Positions 48,968-58,655 of a stretch of 64,000 bases of DNA are shown in pieces (the first letter of the stretch is position 1; every line of letters starts with the position of its first letter). Made by a program: the position numbers and the translations under genes. Location of the stretch: positions 1,088,001-1,152,000 of the forward strand of contig OY969927.1 in NCBI GenBank assembly GCA_963704655.1, written 5' to 3'. The notes under the pieces are model-generated. The model ran no database searches. It was given only the letters and a program-made list of their open reading frames with translations, and was not told the DNA's origin. This DNA comes from an uncultured Candidatus Babeliaceae bacterium. GTDB lineage: Bacteria; Babelota; Babeliae; Babelales; Babelaceae.

Positions 48968-49483
48968 TTAACTTTTTTTAGCAGCCTTTTTTGATGGCGC
49001 TTTTGCAGGTGCCGCAGGGGCTTCTGCTGGCGCTGCAACTGCTGTTGTTTTTGTTCCATATGCTTTACCTGTTGCTTTTGAAACTTCTTTTTCAAGTTCA
49101 GCAGCTGTCATAAAGCCTGTTTTTCTGGTAATAATAAGTGTTGTTGGTAAACCGCTTACTTTAAAAGTACGTGCAATATCTTTTAGTTCTGGGCTGTCAG
49201 TATTTACCGAAATGAAGTTTGCGTCACCTTTTAACATTTCAGCTGCTTTATCAAATTCCGGCTCCATTTTTTTGCAGAAACTGCACCATGGCGCATGGAA
49301 TTTTACAACGGTTGTACCACTTTTTGCTACTTCAGTTGAAAATTCTTCCTCTGAGTGAACCTCTTTGTAAACATGCTTTACTTCTTTTGCGCTAGCGGAT
49401 TTTTTTGGTTTTGCTGCAAAAATAAATGGCGCTGTACCAAGCGTTAAAGCCGCTAACAATGAATAGCGTGATAGATTTTTCAT
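48968..49483 (-). CDS. Exported thioredoxin-like protein
   Basis: Signal peptide; VKFHAPWCSFCK, VSGLPT; Ala/Pro/Lys tail. Confidence 0.85.
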   Translation of the reverse strand: MKNLSRYSLLAALTLGTAPFIFAAKPKKSASAKEVKHVYKEVHSEEEFSTEVAKSGTTVVKFHAPWCSFCKKMEPEFDKAAEMLKGDANFISVNTDSPELKDIARTFKVSGLPTTLIITRKTGFMTAAELEKEVSKATGKAYGTKTTAVAAPAEAPAAPAKAPSKKAAKKS

Positions 49484-49744
49484 GGACATCTCCTTGAATA
49501 TAAAAAAAATAATTACTACGCACAGCATACACAAATTATTATATCAAAATATATCCTCTTTTTTTCAAATTACAAATGTGATTAAAGTGATATTGTAAAT
49601 GCAAGAAAAATGAACAATATATTTTGAAAAAAAATTTTATAATTTTTGTTGATTCTCCGGTATCGAACTGCTACATTATCTAAGTGCTTAAATTTCGGGA
49701 TCTATTCTAACTGAATAGATTTTTTTTTCTAATTTTTCCAGTGG

Positions 49745-52267
49745 ATGTCGATTGGTGAGGGATGTATGGATATACAAAAAACAGTTTCGGCGACTGGAGC
49801 GATGACTTTTGTGTCATCAACAACAGTGTCGGTAGTAAAAAAACGTGATGGACGAATCTTTTCGTTTGATCGCCAAAAAATAGATGCTCTGCTTAAGCGT
49901 GCGTCGATTGGTTATGAAGATGTTGTATCTTCTGATCTTGTTATGCACGAAACATTGCGTAATTTATTTGATGGTATAAGTACTAATGATGTGCTAAAAT
50001 CATTGATTCTTGCTGCGGTTACCTTTATTGAGAAAGATCCCGCGTATAGCATTGTTGCAGCGCGTTTATTACAACAAAAGCTTTTTCGTGAGTTGGGTGG
50101 TAAAGTTCGTTCACAGCAAGAATATGAGATGCGTTACCGCCATATTTTTATTGAAAACATTGTGCGTGCATGCCAAGAAAATCTTTTGCATTCAAAGATG
50201 CTGGAATATGATTTAGAACGTTTGAGCCATGCGTTAGTTATTGAGCGTGATAGTTTATTGCAGTTTACTGGAATGCAGACATTGTATGAACGTTACTTGT
50301 TACGCTATCAAGGTCAGCGCTATGAAACAGCACAAGCATTTTGGATGCGTATTGCTATGGGCCTTGCGTTAAATGAACAAGACATGAATACGCGTGCATT
50401 GGAATTTTATGAGGTTCTTTCAACGCTCAACTACGTTCCATCAACGCCTACATTATTCCATTCTGGTTTACCAGTTGCGCAGCTAAGCTCATGTTATTTA
50501 TCAACCGTTAATGATGATTTACATCATATATTTAAATGCATGGGTGACAATGCACAGCTTTCTAAATGGGCCGGTGGCATAGGAACAGATTGGTCTAATA
50601 TTCGTGGCACAGGCGCTTATATTAAAAGTATTAAAGCAACCAGCCAGGGTGTTGTTCCATATCTTAAAATTGCAAATGATATTGTTGTTGCTATTACACG
50701 CAGCGGTATTAGACGTGGTGGTAAATGTGCTTACCTAGAAGTGTGGCACATTGATATTGAAGATTTTCTTGATCTACGTAGAAACACCGGTGATGATCGT
50801 CGTCGTACCCATGATATGAATACTGCAACATGGATCCCAGATCTTTTCATGAAGCGTGTTATTAATGATGAAAATTGGACGCTCTTCTCTCCTCATGAAG
50901 CACCTGATTTGCACCATATTTATGGCAAAGCATTTGAGCAACGTTATGAGCATTATGAAGCATTAGCGCGTGAAGGTAAGATGGAATTGCACCAGACAAT
51001 TCCTGCTAAACAGTTGTGGCGCAAGATGCTTACGCGTCTTTTTGAAACGGGCCATCCATGGATTACTTTTAAAGACCCATGCAATATTCGTTCACCACAA
51101 GACCATGCAGGCGTAGTACATTCATCTAACTTGTGCACAGAGATCACTCTTAATACTTCTGAAACAGAGACAGCAGTATGTAACCTTGGCTCGGTGAATT
51201 TAGAGCGTCTGGTGACAGAAAAAGGTCTTAATGTTCAAGAATTAGAAAAGACTGTTACTTCAGCTATTCGTATGCTTGATAATGTGATCGATCTTAATTT
51301 TTATCCAACAAAAGAGGCTGAGGCTTCAAATAAGAAACATCGTCCTGTTGGGCTTGGCGTTATGGGCTTTCAAGATGCTTTATGTAAAATGAATATCTCA
51401 TTTGCTTCGCCAGAGGCATTAAAATTTGCCGATGAAAGCATGGAGTATATCTCATATTTTGCTATTAAAGCTTCAAATAAATTAGCTGCAGAACGTGGCA
51501 CCTATGCGTCATACAAAGGTTCAAAATGGGATCGTGGCATATTCCCGCTTGATACTGTTGATATGCTTGAAAAAGAACGTGGTGTGCCAGTTCTTGTTTC
51601 GCGTACACAGCGTCTTGATTGGGCAGGCTTAAAAGAGTCTGTTAAGCAACATGGTATACGTAATTCTAATATGATGGCTATTGCGCCAACTGCAACGATA
51701 TCAACTATTGCTGGTTGTTACCCATGCATAGAACCTATGTATAAAAACATGTACGTTAAATCTAATGTAAGTGGTGAATTTACTGTTATTAATAGCTACT
51801 TAGTTGAAGATCTTAAAAAAGTCGGTCTATGGGATCAGGCTATGATCGATGAAATTAAGTTCCGTGATGGTGATTTACAGCAGATAACCAGAATTCCTCA
51901 AGAAATTCGTCAAAAGCATTTAACGGCGTTTGAACTTGATGCAGAATGGCTTATTAAAATTACTGCAGAACGTGGTAAATGGATCGACCAAAGTCAGTCG
52001 CATAATGTCTTTGTAAAAGGGGTTTCTGGTAAAAAGCTTGATGAGATTTATCGTGCAGCGTGGAATCATGGTCTTAAGACTACGTATTACTTGCGGTCAC
52101 TTGGTGCAACGCAGATAGAAAAATCTACTCTTGATGCAAAAACATATGGCTTTACGCAAAAACGTACAAATGAAACCGCAGGGCAAGCTACAGGGCAGGA
52201 AAAAGAAGAGGATACTTTACCAAAAGCATGTTCAATAGAAAATACTGACTGTGAATCATGTCAGTAA
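49745..52267 (+). CDS. nrdA: Ribonucleotide reductase class I alpha subunit with ATP-cone
   Basis: VVKKRDG, PSTPTLF, LSSCY, SNLCTEI, AVCNLGS, IAPTAT, KTTYYLRS, C-terminal CESCQ; exact start uncertain. Confidence 0.96.
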   Translation: MSIGEGCMDIQKTVSATGAMTFVSSTTVSVVKKRDGRIFSFDRQKIDALLKRASIGYEDVVSSDLVMHETLRNLFDGISTNDVLKSLILAAVTFIEKDPAYSIVAARLLQQKLFRELGGKVRSQQEYEMRYRHIFIENIVRACQENLLHSKMLEYDLERLSHALVIERDSLLQFTGMQTLYERYLLRYQGQRYETAQAFWMRIAMGLALNEQDMNTRALEFYEVLSTLNYVPSTPTLFHSGLPVAQLSSCYLSTVNDDLHHIFKCMGDNAQLSKWAGGIGTDWSNIRGTGAYIKSIKATSQGVVPYLKIANDIVVAITRSGIRRGGKCAYLEVWHIDIEDFLDLRRNTGDDRRRTHDMNTATWIPDLFMKRVINDENWTLFSPHEAPDLHHIYGKAFEQRYEHYEALAREGKMELHQTIPAKQLWRKMLTRLFETGHPWITFKDPCNIRSPQDHAGVVHSSNLCTEITLNTSETETAVCNLGSVNLERLVTEKGLNVQELEKTVTSAIRMLDNVIDLNFYPTKEAEASNKKHRPVGLGVMGFQDALCKMNISFASPEALKFADESMEYISYFAIKASNKLAAERGTYASYKGSKWDRGIFPLDTVDMLEKERGVPVLVSRTQRLDWAGLKESVKQHGIRNSNMMAIAPTATISTIAGCYPCIEPMYKNMYVKSNVSGEFTVINSYLVEDLKKVGLWDQAMIDEIKFRDGDLQQITRIPQEIRQKHLTAFELDAEWLIKITAERGKWIDQSQSHNVFVKGVSGKKLDEIYRAAWNHGLKTTYYLRSLGATQIEKSTLDAKTYGFTQKRTNETAGQATGQEKEEDTLPKACSIENTDCESCQ

Positions 52268-52277
52268 AGAGGTTATT

Positions 52278-53312
52278 ATGACAAAACTTAATACATTAAA
52301 TAATACTTTGAAAAAAACGGGAATTATTAGTAATTCTAATATGGACCCTAATAAAATTTTGCCGATGCGTTACACATGGGCACGTCAGCATTATAAAGAT
52401 GGCATTGCAAATAACTGGACCCCAGAAGAGATCGGAATGCAGCAGGATGTTGAACAGTGGAAATCAACCACTGTTTTATCAGATTCTGAACGCAGACTTA
52501 TTTTATGGAACCTTGGCTTTTTTGCAACTGCTGAATCATTAACGGCAAATAATATTGTGCTTGCTGTTTATAAGCATGTAACAAATCCTGAATGTCGTCA
52601 GTATATGTTGCGTCAGGCATATGAAGAAGCGGTGCATACCGATACATTTATTTACTGCTGTGATTCGCTAGGGTTGGACCCAGAGGTGATCTACACAATG
52701 TATCAGACCATTCCATCTATTAAAGATAAAGATGATTTTGTGGTTAATTTAACCAAGTCTATCTTTGATGCAAACTTTGAAATTAAAAATAGCGCTGATA
52801 TTCAAAAGTTCTTACATGATCTTGTTGGATACTACGTTATTATGGAAGGTATCTTTTTCTATGCAGGTTTTGCGATGATGCTTGCGTTACGTAGACAAAA
52901 TAAGATGATCGGTATTGGCCAGCAGTTTGAATATATTATGCGTGATGAAAGTATCCATTTAGCATTTGGTTGTGATTTAATTAACACGATTAAAGCAGAA
53001 AACCCAGAGGTATGGACGCCAGAGTTTCAAAATAATATCGTTGGGCTTATTAAACGTGCGGTTGAGCTTGAATGCATTTATGCATTCGATGCTTGTCCAC
53101 AAGGACTTCTTGGTATTAATGCACAGCAATTTTCAGAATATGTTGAACATATTGCAGACAGACGCTTGGCACGTATTGGTTTACCTGAACAGTACCATAG
53201 AGACAATCCGTTTCCATGGCTTTCACAGTCAACCGATTTAAACAAAGAAAAGAACTTCTTTGAAACACGTGTTACTGAATATCAAACTGCCGGTTCTCTT
53301 GAGTGGGAATAA
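52278..53312 (+). CDS. nrdB: Ribonucleotide reductase beta subunit, class Ic type
   Basis: NWTPEEI, FFATAESL, EEAVHTDTF, MEGIFFY, RDESIH, NFFETRVTEY. Confidence 0.95.
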   Translation: MTKLNTLNNTLKKTGIISNSNMDPNKILPMRYTWARQHYKDGIANNWTPEEIGMQQDVEQWKSTTVLSDSERRLILWNLGFFATAESLTANNIVLAVYKHVTNPECRQYMLRQAYEEAVHTDTFIYCCDSLGLDPEVIYTMYQTIPSIKDKDDFVVNLTKSIFDANFEIKNSADIQKFLHDLVGYYVIMEGIFFYAGFAMMLALRRQNKMIGIGQQFEYIMRDESIHLAFGCDLINTIKAENPEVWTPEFQNNIVGLIKRAVELECIYAFDACPQGLLGINAQQFSEYVEHIADRRLARIGLPEQYHRDNPFPWLSQSTDLNKEKNFFETRVTEYQTAGSLEWE

Positions 53313-53327
53313 CAATAGAATTACAAT

Positions 53328-53358
53328 AAAAAAGGGAGCCTTTTGGCTCCCTTTTTTT
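53328..53358. terminator. Bidirectional terminator
   Basis: AAAAAAGGGAGCC-TTTT-GGCTCCCTTTTTT. Confidence 0.9.
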
Positions 53359-53364
53359 ATTTAT

Positions 53365-53769
53365 TTAGTGAGGATCACAGCTTGTCAAACTTCTTCTTGC
53401 AATTTCTTTGTAACCATTGCTGTATGAGTTTTTTATTACAATTTTAAAAATTGCAGATGCTTCTTCTGGTTCTTGGCATGATACGTGCGGCACGCCACGC
53501 TTTAATGCAATGGCAACCGTGAGAAAGTTATGCATGTCATCTTCATGAAAAGTTTCAAACTCTGCTTGAGTGTGTACATCTTTTATAAGCGTCCTTAAAT
53601 AATCGTTGAAACGGTCATGTGAAATGTTTTCTGTTTCTCCAAATACCTGTTTCATGCGCTCTTGATATTCATCTTTTATATTTTCTAGAAAATTTTGTTC
53701 ATAGAGTTCCTCGAGTAAAGGACAATGGAGTGGAGTAAAAAATAGTGTTAACAGAAATATACTTTTCAT
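53365..53769 (-). CDS. Exported protein with one Sel1-like repeat
   Basis: MHNFLTVAIALKRG....QEPEEASAIFKIV; paralog of the next gene. Confidence 0.6.
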   Translation of the reverse strand: MKSIFLLTLFFTPLHCPLLEELYEQNFLENIKDEYQERMKQVFGETENISHDRFNDYLRTLIKDVHTQAEFETFHEDDMHNFLTVAIALKRGVPHVSCQEPEEASAIFKIVIKNSYSNGYKEIARRSLTSCDPH

Positions 53770-53866
53770 AAATAACCCCCTAAAAGCATATGCATATTAA
53801 TAATAATATAATGTTTTTAGGGAGTTAAAAGATAGAAAAAACTATTTTATCCAATTTTTTTTTAAT

Positions 53867-54226
53867 TTAGCGTGGTTTTTCTGCTATGTTTTGTAAAATG
53901 TTCTTAATGCCATTTTCTGCAGATATGCGTAATGATTCATTAGTTGATGTTTTTTGTACAATATCTAAAAGTTCAAGTGCCAATGGGATATCTTTTTTTG
54001 TTTCATCTGGAATACCATTTTTTAATGCCATGGCTACCATGAGAAAGCTATTCATATCTTCATTTTTATATTTTTTTGATTCTTTTTTCGATTTTACAGT
54101 TTCTATAAGTTTGCTCATGTGCTGAGCAAAGAAGGCTTCATCATCAACATCCTGAGTGCTGGGCGCGCCAAGAGGCGAATAAAAAAATGGTGTGATAGAT
54201 AGTAATACAATACATACACTTTTCAT
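53867..54226 (-). CDS. Exported protein with one Sel1-like repeat
   Basis: MNSFLMVAMALKNG...KKDIPLALELLDIV. Confidence 0.6.
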   Translation of the reverse strand: MKSVCIVLLSITPFFYSPLGAPSTQDVDDEAFFAQHMSKLIETVKSKKESKKYKNEDMNSFLMVAMALKNGIPDETKKDIPLALELLDIVQKTSTNESLRISAENGIKNILQNIAEKPR

Positions 54227-54302
54227 AAAAAAACCCCCTAAACAGTATACCCTTTATTGAATATAACGGTTTTAGGGGGTAGAAAAATAGAGTATATTTT
54301 AT

Positions 54303-54860
54303 TTATCTTTTTGTACTAGGATGAGCAGAAGTTGCGCCTCGAGCTGCCAAATAGCCTTTAACGTAACCATTTATACTCGTTTGCTCCATAATTGTATCAA
54401 GTTTTTGTTTGAGCTCTTCAATATCATCTTTTGTTGCAAGTGTTTCAGACTTAGCCTGAAGTTTTCGCACTTCAGATAAAATATTACTTAACTGAGAACT
54501 ATGGCTATCAAGTGTTTGATCAACTTTTTGTTGTGCTTTTTCTTTAGTGGCTCTGCGTGCCTTTTTTGCTGCAATTTCAGACTCAGAGACAACGCTACCA
54601 GTAGTGAATAAATTATATAAAGCTTTGATGTTTCTCACAAATGTTTCGTTACTCAAAATTTTATAACTGCCGTAACATATTGCAACGCCTGCACTTACAT
54701 ATATTACGCGTTCGACGGTAACATCTGGCAATTTGTCCCACAATGAACTTTCAATAGCAGGTTGTGGTGTATTTACTGGTGCTTGAGCTGCAAAAGACTG
54801 GTTAACGATAGTACCAAAAGTAAGGGCGCATAAGGCTAATTTAATTAATTTTATTTTCAT
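54303..54860 (-). CDS. Exported TM plus coiled-coil protein
   Basis: GGAGG RBS, signal ending SFA, one TM, LATKDDIEELKQKL. Confidence 0.7.
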   Translation of the reverse strand: MKIKLIKLALCALTFGTIVNQSFAAQAPVNTPQPAIESSLWDKLPDVTVERVIYVSAGVAICYGSYKILSNETFVRNIKALYNLFTTGSVVSESEIAAKKARRATKEKAQQKVDQTLDSHSSQLSNILSEVRKLQAKSETLATKDDIEELKQKLDTIMEQTSINGYVKGYLAARGATSAHPSTKR

Positions 54861-55099
54861 ATAAACCTCCATTTATATTCTTAATTATATAGTTAATTAT
54901 AGCAAATATTTAATATTTGTCAATTAATGTCAAAAATAGGGTAAAAAAAGGGGAGTTAGGGGGTAAAAATGGCTTTTAAGGGACTTTTTATAGTTTATCT
55001 TGAAGGTTTATTAAGAATAAGGCAGAAAAATGTCTTCAGGGGCGTTTATAGCCCAAAAAACGCGAAAATTGACCTAAAGATAATAAGCAATAGCACTGT

Positions 55100-55837
55100 T
55101 TATTTATTAATAGCGCTTATTACATTAAAAAGCCCAACTAGGCTTGAAATTAAGGCGTCGTTATCCAAAAGCTTGAAATAACTTGTATTTTGAGAAAATT
55201 TTTGGGAGTTATGAGTAGGTTCTTTGGGGGTATCTAATGCTGTTTTGATACTTTGACTAATACTTGATATTGAATCAAGTTTTGTATTTAGTTCTTTTCT
55301 TGTGTCGTCGACAGTTTGTGAAAGACTTATAATATTATTATCAACAGTCTCTAATCTGGTATTAATTTGAGCTAAAGATGTTTGGTTTTCTAAAAAGCCA
55401 GTTTGCACCTCTTTTCGTAGCAGCCGTGAGTCGTTTCTATCTCTTTCGCCTTTTCTATGCATAAAATATGCAAATCCTATAAAGGCGAAAACTGATGTTG
55501 AAGGTACATATTCTTCGCGAATAAAAGTTGATAAAAATCTATTGGTAAGATATGAGGCCCCTAAGGTAAAGGCGCCAAAATTAAGAGCATTTGCATGGAT
55601 AAACTCTGTTTTGGGGTTGCCAATAGTTTTTTGAGTAAACGGCACATTAAGTGAGGTAACAGGAAATTTAATGTATGCGTTACTTTGTGGTCCACCAAAG
55701 ATACAATCTTGCATATCATTTAGAGAGTTTTCAGTGTCGTGCTTAATTACTAGATAATTATTTTCGTGAGAAAAGACGAGAGTGAACCCTAATAACTGGG
55801 TAATGATCAGTGCTGTCTTTATGCTATTTTTTTTCAT
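55100..55837 (-). CDS. Exported two-TM plus coiled-coil protein
   Basis: Signal ending VFS, two hydrophobic segments, heptad region; start uncertain. Confidence 0.65.
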   Translation of the reverse strand: MKKNSIKTALIITQLLGFTLVFSHENNYLVIKHDTENSLNDMQDCIFGGPQSNAYIKFPVTSLNVPFTQKTIGNPKTEFIHANALNFGAFTLGASYLTNRFLSTFIREEYVPSTSVFAFIGFAYFMHRKGERDRNDSRLLRKEVQTGFLENQTSLAQINTRLETVDNNIISLSQTVDDTRKELNTKLDSISSISQSIKTALDTPKEPTHNSQKFSQNTSYFKLLDNDALISSLVGLFNVISAINK

Positions 55838-55983
55838 ATACATCATGCAGTAAGTTATTAAAGTTTTACTAAGTATATGGGGGTTAACTATTTTTTTCAA
55901 TAAAAGAAAAAGGGGGCATAAAGCCCCCCATATTTTCTTATAAAAACGTATGGGTATTAGCCCATCAAGCGCATTGATTAAAA

Positions 55984-56193
55984 TTAACGCTTGTTATTGC
56001 GATTTGGCGCACTATTTTCGTTTTTATTAGTATTTTCTTCACGAACATACTTACCCATTGAAGACTCTTGTGAAGAAGTCTCTTTTTGAACAGGGTTTTG
56101 TAATCCGCCAGATGATGGGTTATTTTCTTTTTTATCCCATTTATCTTTATTCCAATTTTGGTTCTTGTTCTTATTGTTAAAAGCGTTTTTCAT
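55984..56193 (-). CDS. Small Asn/Lys-rich hydrophilic protein
   Basis: AAGGAG RBS before MKNAFNNKNK. Confidence 0.6.
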   Translation of the reverse strand: MKNAFNNKNKNQNWNKDKWDKKENNPSSGGLQNPVQKETSSQESSMGKYVREENTNKNENSAPNRNNKR

Positions 56194-56335
56194 AACTCTC
56201 CTTTGGTTGTTGTGGCTCACCTACAACAGGCTCCACAGGTTTTTTACTACATTCTTTATTCATATTGCTCTTGCCATGGCAAGTACAACAACACTTTTGT
56301 TCGTCTTTACGACTCTTATGGTTACAGTTACACAT
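56177..56335 (-). CDS. Small Cys-rich protein (52 aa, not in the ORF track)
   Basis: AAGGAG RBS; MCNCNHKSRKDEQKCCCTCHGKSNMNKECSKKPVEPVVGEPQQPKESYEKRF. Confidence 0.65.
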   Translation of the reverse strand: MCNCNHKSRKDEQKCCCTCHGKSNMNKECSKKPVEPVVGEPQQPKESYEKRF

Positions 56336-56356
56336 ATTAACTCTCCTTGTGTTTTA

Positions 56357-56782
56357 CTACTGTTTTTTATTCTCTTTATTAGTATTTAAATTCTTTAATT
56401 CTTTTTCCAAATGCTCAACTTTAATTTCTAAATCATGAATTTTAGCATTTGTATCATGTGATTTCTTACGCAACTTATCTATTTTACGCTTTAAGTACGT
56501 AACTTGTTCTTCTTGAGACATATCTGCAAGAGATTTTTTTGTCTTTGCTACAGCCGGTTTTTTACCATTTGGCGTAGTTGTTGTTTTAAGATCAACAGCC
56601 TTGATATCAGCAACTTTAATCTCTGCGGGTGGTGTTGGTAAGCTTAATGGCTTACTTTCTCTAATTTCCACTGGTTTGTCTGGTGTAATCTCAACAACTT
56701 CCTGTACCTCTTGTGGTTCAGCATATAGCAATGAAATCGGTAATAAGATTGTCGAAAGCAATACTCTCTTTTTCATATTCAT
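56357..56782 (-). CDS. Exported Pro-rich/coiled-coil protein
   Basis: Signal ending LYA; C-terminal heptads. Confidence 0.7.
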   Translation of the reverse strand: MNMKKRVLLSTILLPISLLYAEPQEVQEVVEITPDKPVEIRESKPLSLPTPPAEIKVADIKAVDLKTTTTPNGKKPAVAKTKKSLADMSQEEQVTYLKRKIDKLRKKSHDTNAKIHDLEIKVEHLEKELKNLNTNKENKKQ

Positions 56783-56813
56783 ATCCTTCCCCTTTTTTTT
56801 CTAAACTATATAA

Positions 56814-56981
56814 TTAGTCAGTATCTTGTTGTACGGTAACACCCATTACACTTGATTTTTTTGGCGCTGCCATACTTTGCTGACCGCTTGAAGATGTACC
56901 TGCATCTATGGGTTCAAAATCAGTTAATGCTACGATTGCTACAAGTGCAACGCATGCTAAACAAAATGCTATTTTTTTCAT
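56814..56981 (-). CDS. Small exported peptide (55 aa, not in the ORF track)
   Basis: AGGAG RBS; MKKIAFCLACVALVAIVALTDFEPIDAGTSSSGQQSMAAPKKSSVMGVTVQQDTD. Confidence 0.65.
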   Translation of the reverse strand: MKKIAFCLACVALVAIVALTDFEPIDAGTSSSGQQSMAAPKKSSVMGVTVQQDTD

Positions 56982-57031
56982 GATATCTCCTTTTTTTATT
57001 TAATTATTATTTATTTTATTTTTAAATCTTC

Positions 57032-57220
57032 TTAATAAATATTTGGTTCATCACCAAAAGTTGAAGGTGTTGTAACCATCATTGCAGTAGCAAATTTTGG
57101 TTGGCCTGGCTGTGGACCTACTGCACGAGTGGTAGGCAAATTTTGAGTTGGTATAGCCGCATTAAGCGAGCTAACTATACAAACGATTAAACATAAACTT
57201 GTTTTTACTATATTTTTCAT
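57032..57220 (-). CDS. Small exported peptide
   Basis: MKNIVKTSLCLIVCIVSSLNA signal peptide. Confidence 0.6.
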   Translation of the reverse strand: MKNIVKTSLCLIVCIVSSLNAAIPTQNLPTTRAVGPQPGQPKFATAMMVTTPSTFGDEPNIY

Positions 57221-57260
57221 AACTATTTCCCTTTCTTTATTTACATACAAAATACTTAAC

Positions 57261-57554
57261 TTATGTATTACTTTCAGAAGAAGTATCGCTTTCATAAGAA
57301 GAAGGCGCATTAATACCCGCAGTGTAAGTTCCAAACCTTTGCGAGCTCTTCATGGTTATGAAAGGTACCAATATACCTTTGCTAGCGTTTGGTTGTAATT
57401 TGCATTCTTTTTTATAAAAATCAAGGTCACTCTGAGATAAACCAGCAATCTGTACCTGTTGGCCAGCCGCAGGACACGTTAAAGCTTGTAGCTCTATAAG
57501 CACGGTGCTTAAAGCAAGCAGTAATGCGTAACACATTATATTTTTGTAGATCAT
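57261..57554 (-). CDS. Small exported protein
   Basis: GAGG RBS, signal ending LQA, two Cys in the mature part. Confidence 0.6.
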   Translation of the reverse strand: MIYKNIMCYALLLALSTVLIELQALTCPAAGQQVQIAGLSQSDLDFYKKECKLQPNASKGILVPFITMKSSQRFGTYTAGINAPSSYESDTSSESNT

Positions 57555-57803
57555 ACTATTCCTCTGTTTTTATATTATCTCTCACTGTTTACTTTAAGTA
57601 TAATTACCAAATGGCATTAAAATCAATAGTTTTTTAAATTTCTCACTATTTTCCCTGTAAGGCTTGATTTGCATTGTTTGTTTTAAAAGCTTTGATATGC
57701 ACCATTTTATGTTAAATAACTAAACTATTGCATTATCAAATAATGATATGTTAATGTGAAATTAATAGATAGTGTAATTTTCTATATTTAAAAAAGAGAG
57801 AAA

Positions 57804-58580
57804 ATGATGAAAAAAAATATAAAACTAGTTTTAGTGGCGGCTTTAGTAGCTGCCTGTTCAGTTAACCTATATAGTATGGTTTCAGGGCCGGCAAAAAGAG
57901 CAGCTAGCACAGCGCTTGCGCGTACTGCTGCTGTTGAGGGCTTAGGGACACGTTCTACTGGAGTTCTTCGCCAAGCAATAAAGCCGAGTTATGTACCACA
58001 AGGTATGCCACAGCGTCCGTATACAACATTTCCACGCTTTCAAGTACAACAATATGGTTCAGTATTATCGCCACAAATGCTTGCAGGTTTGGCCGGAACA
58101 GGTCTTGCTGCAGGTTATTATTATAATAAACCTTCTATTTTTAAAACTGCATTAAATGAACCAGCTGAGAATAATTGGGACGACTACCGTGTAGAACAAG
58201 CTGAACTAGAAAGGGCAATTAAGGATTATTCGGATATTTACATGCAGTTTCAAAAACTGTCTGAAAGTAAAACTTATCGTGACTTAATTAATGAGATTCA
58301 AAAGAAAAAAAGTATGTTAAGTCATGGGGAGTTGTTTAGTCGTGATGAGATGGCGCATGTAACTTCTTTAATTGAGGCTTTTAATAAAGAGTTTAATCCT
58401 TTATCTGAAAAGATGAAAGAGTTATTCAATAGGGAAGTTTTTTCTGTCCTAGAAGGGCATCGAATTAAAGGAAATATTTATTGGGAATTAAAAAACGACT
58501 TTAGATTTGATTCTATAAAGGACTTTGAGTCAGAAGTGTCGAATATGCGAAATTCTAATTCAAAGTACTATGCCAAGTAA
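57804..58580 (+). CDS. Exported protein with shared basic Ala/Ser/Thr-rich leader
   Basis: First ~62 aa nearly identical to the next gene; unrelated helical C-terminal domain. Confidence 0.75.
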   Translation: MMKKNIKLVLVAALVAACSVNLYSMVSGPAKRAASTALARTAAVEGLGTRSTGVLRQAIKPSYVPQGMPQRPYTTFPRFQVQQYGSVLSPQMLAGLAGTGLAAGYYYNKPSIFKTALNEPAENNWDDYRVEQAELERAIKDYSDIYMQFQKLSESKTYRDLINEIQKKKSMLSHGELFSRDEMAHVTSLIEAFNKEFNPLSEKMKELFNREVFSVLEGHRIKGNIYWELKNDFRFDSIKDFESEVSNMRNSNSKYYAK

Positions 58581-58655
58581 AGAATATTTTTTGCTACAAA
58601 TGAGAATGATTGGGGCGCTTTTTTTTATTAAAAAGTAGAAAAAAGGGAGAGGTTG

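Noticed and set aside
49540-49744. NrdR boxes upstream of nrdA
   Set aside because: No convincing consensus match; only a small ATCTATTC/GAATAGAT hairpin of unknown role
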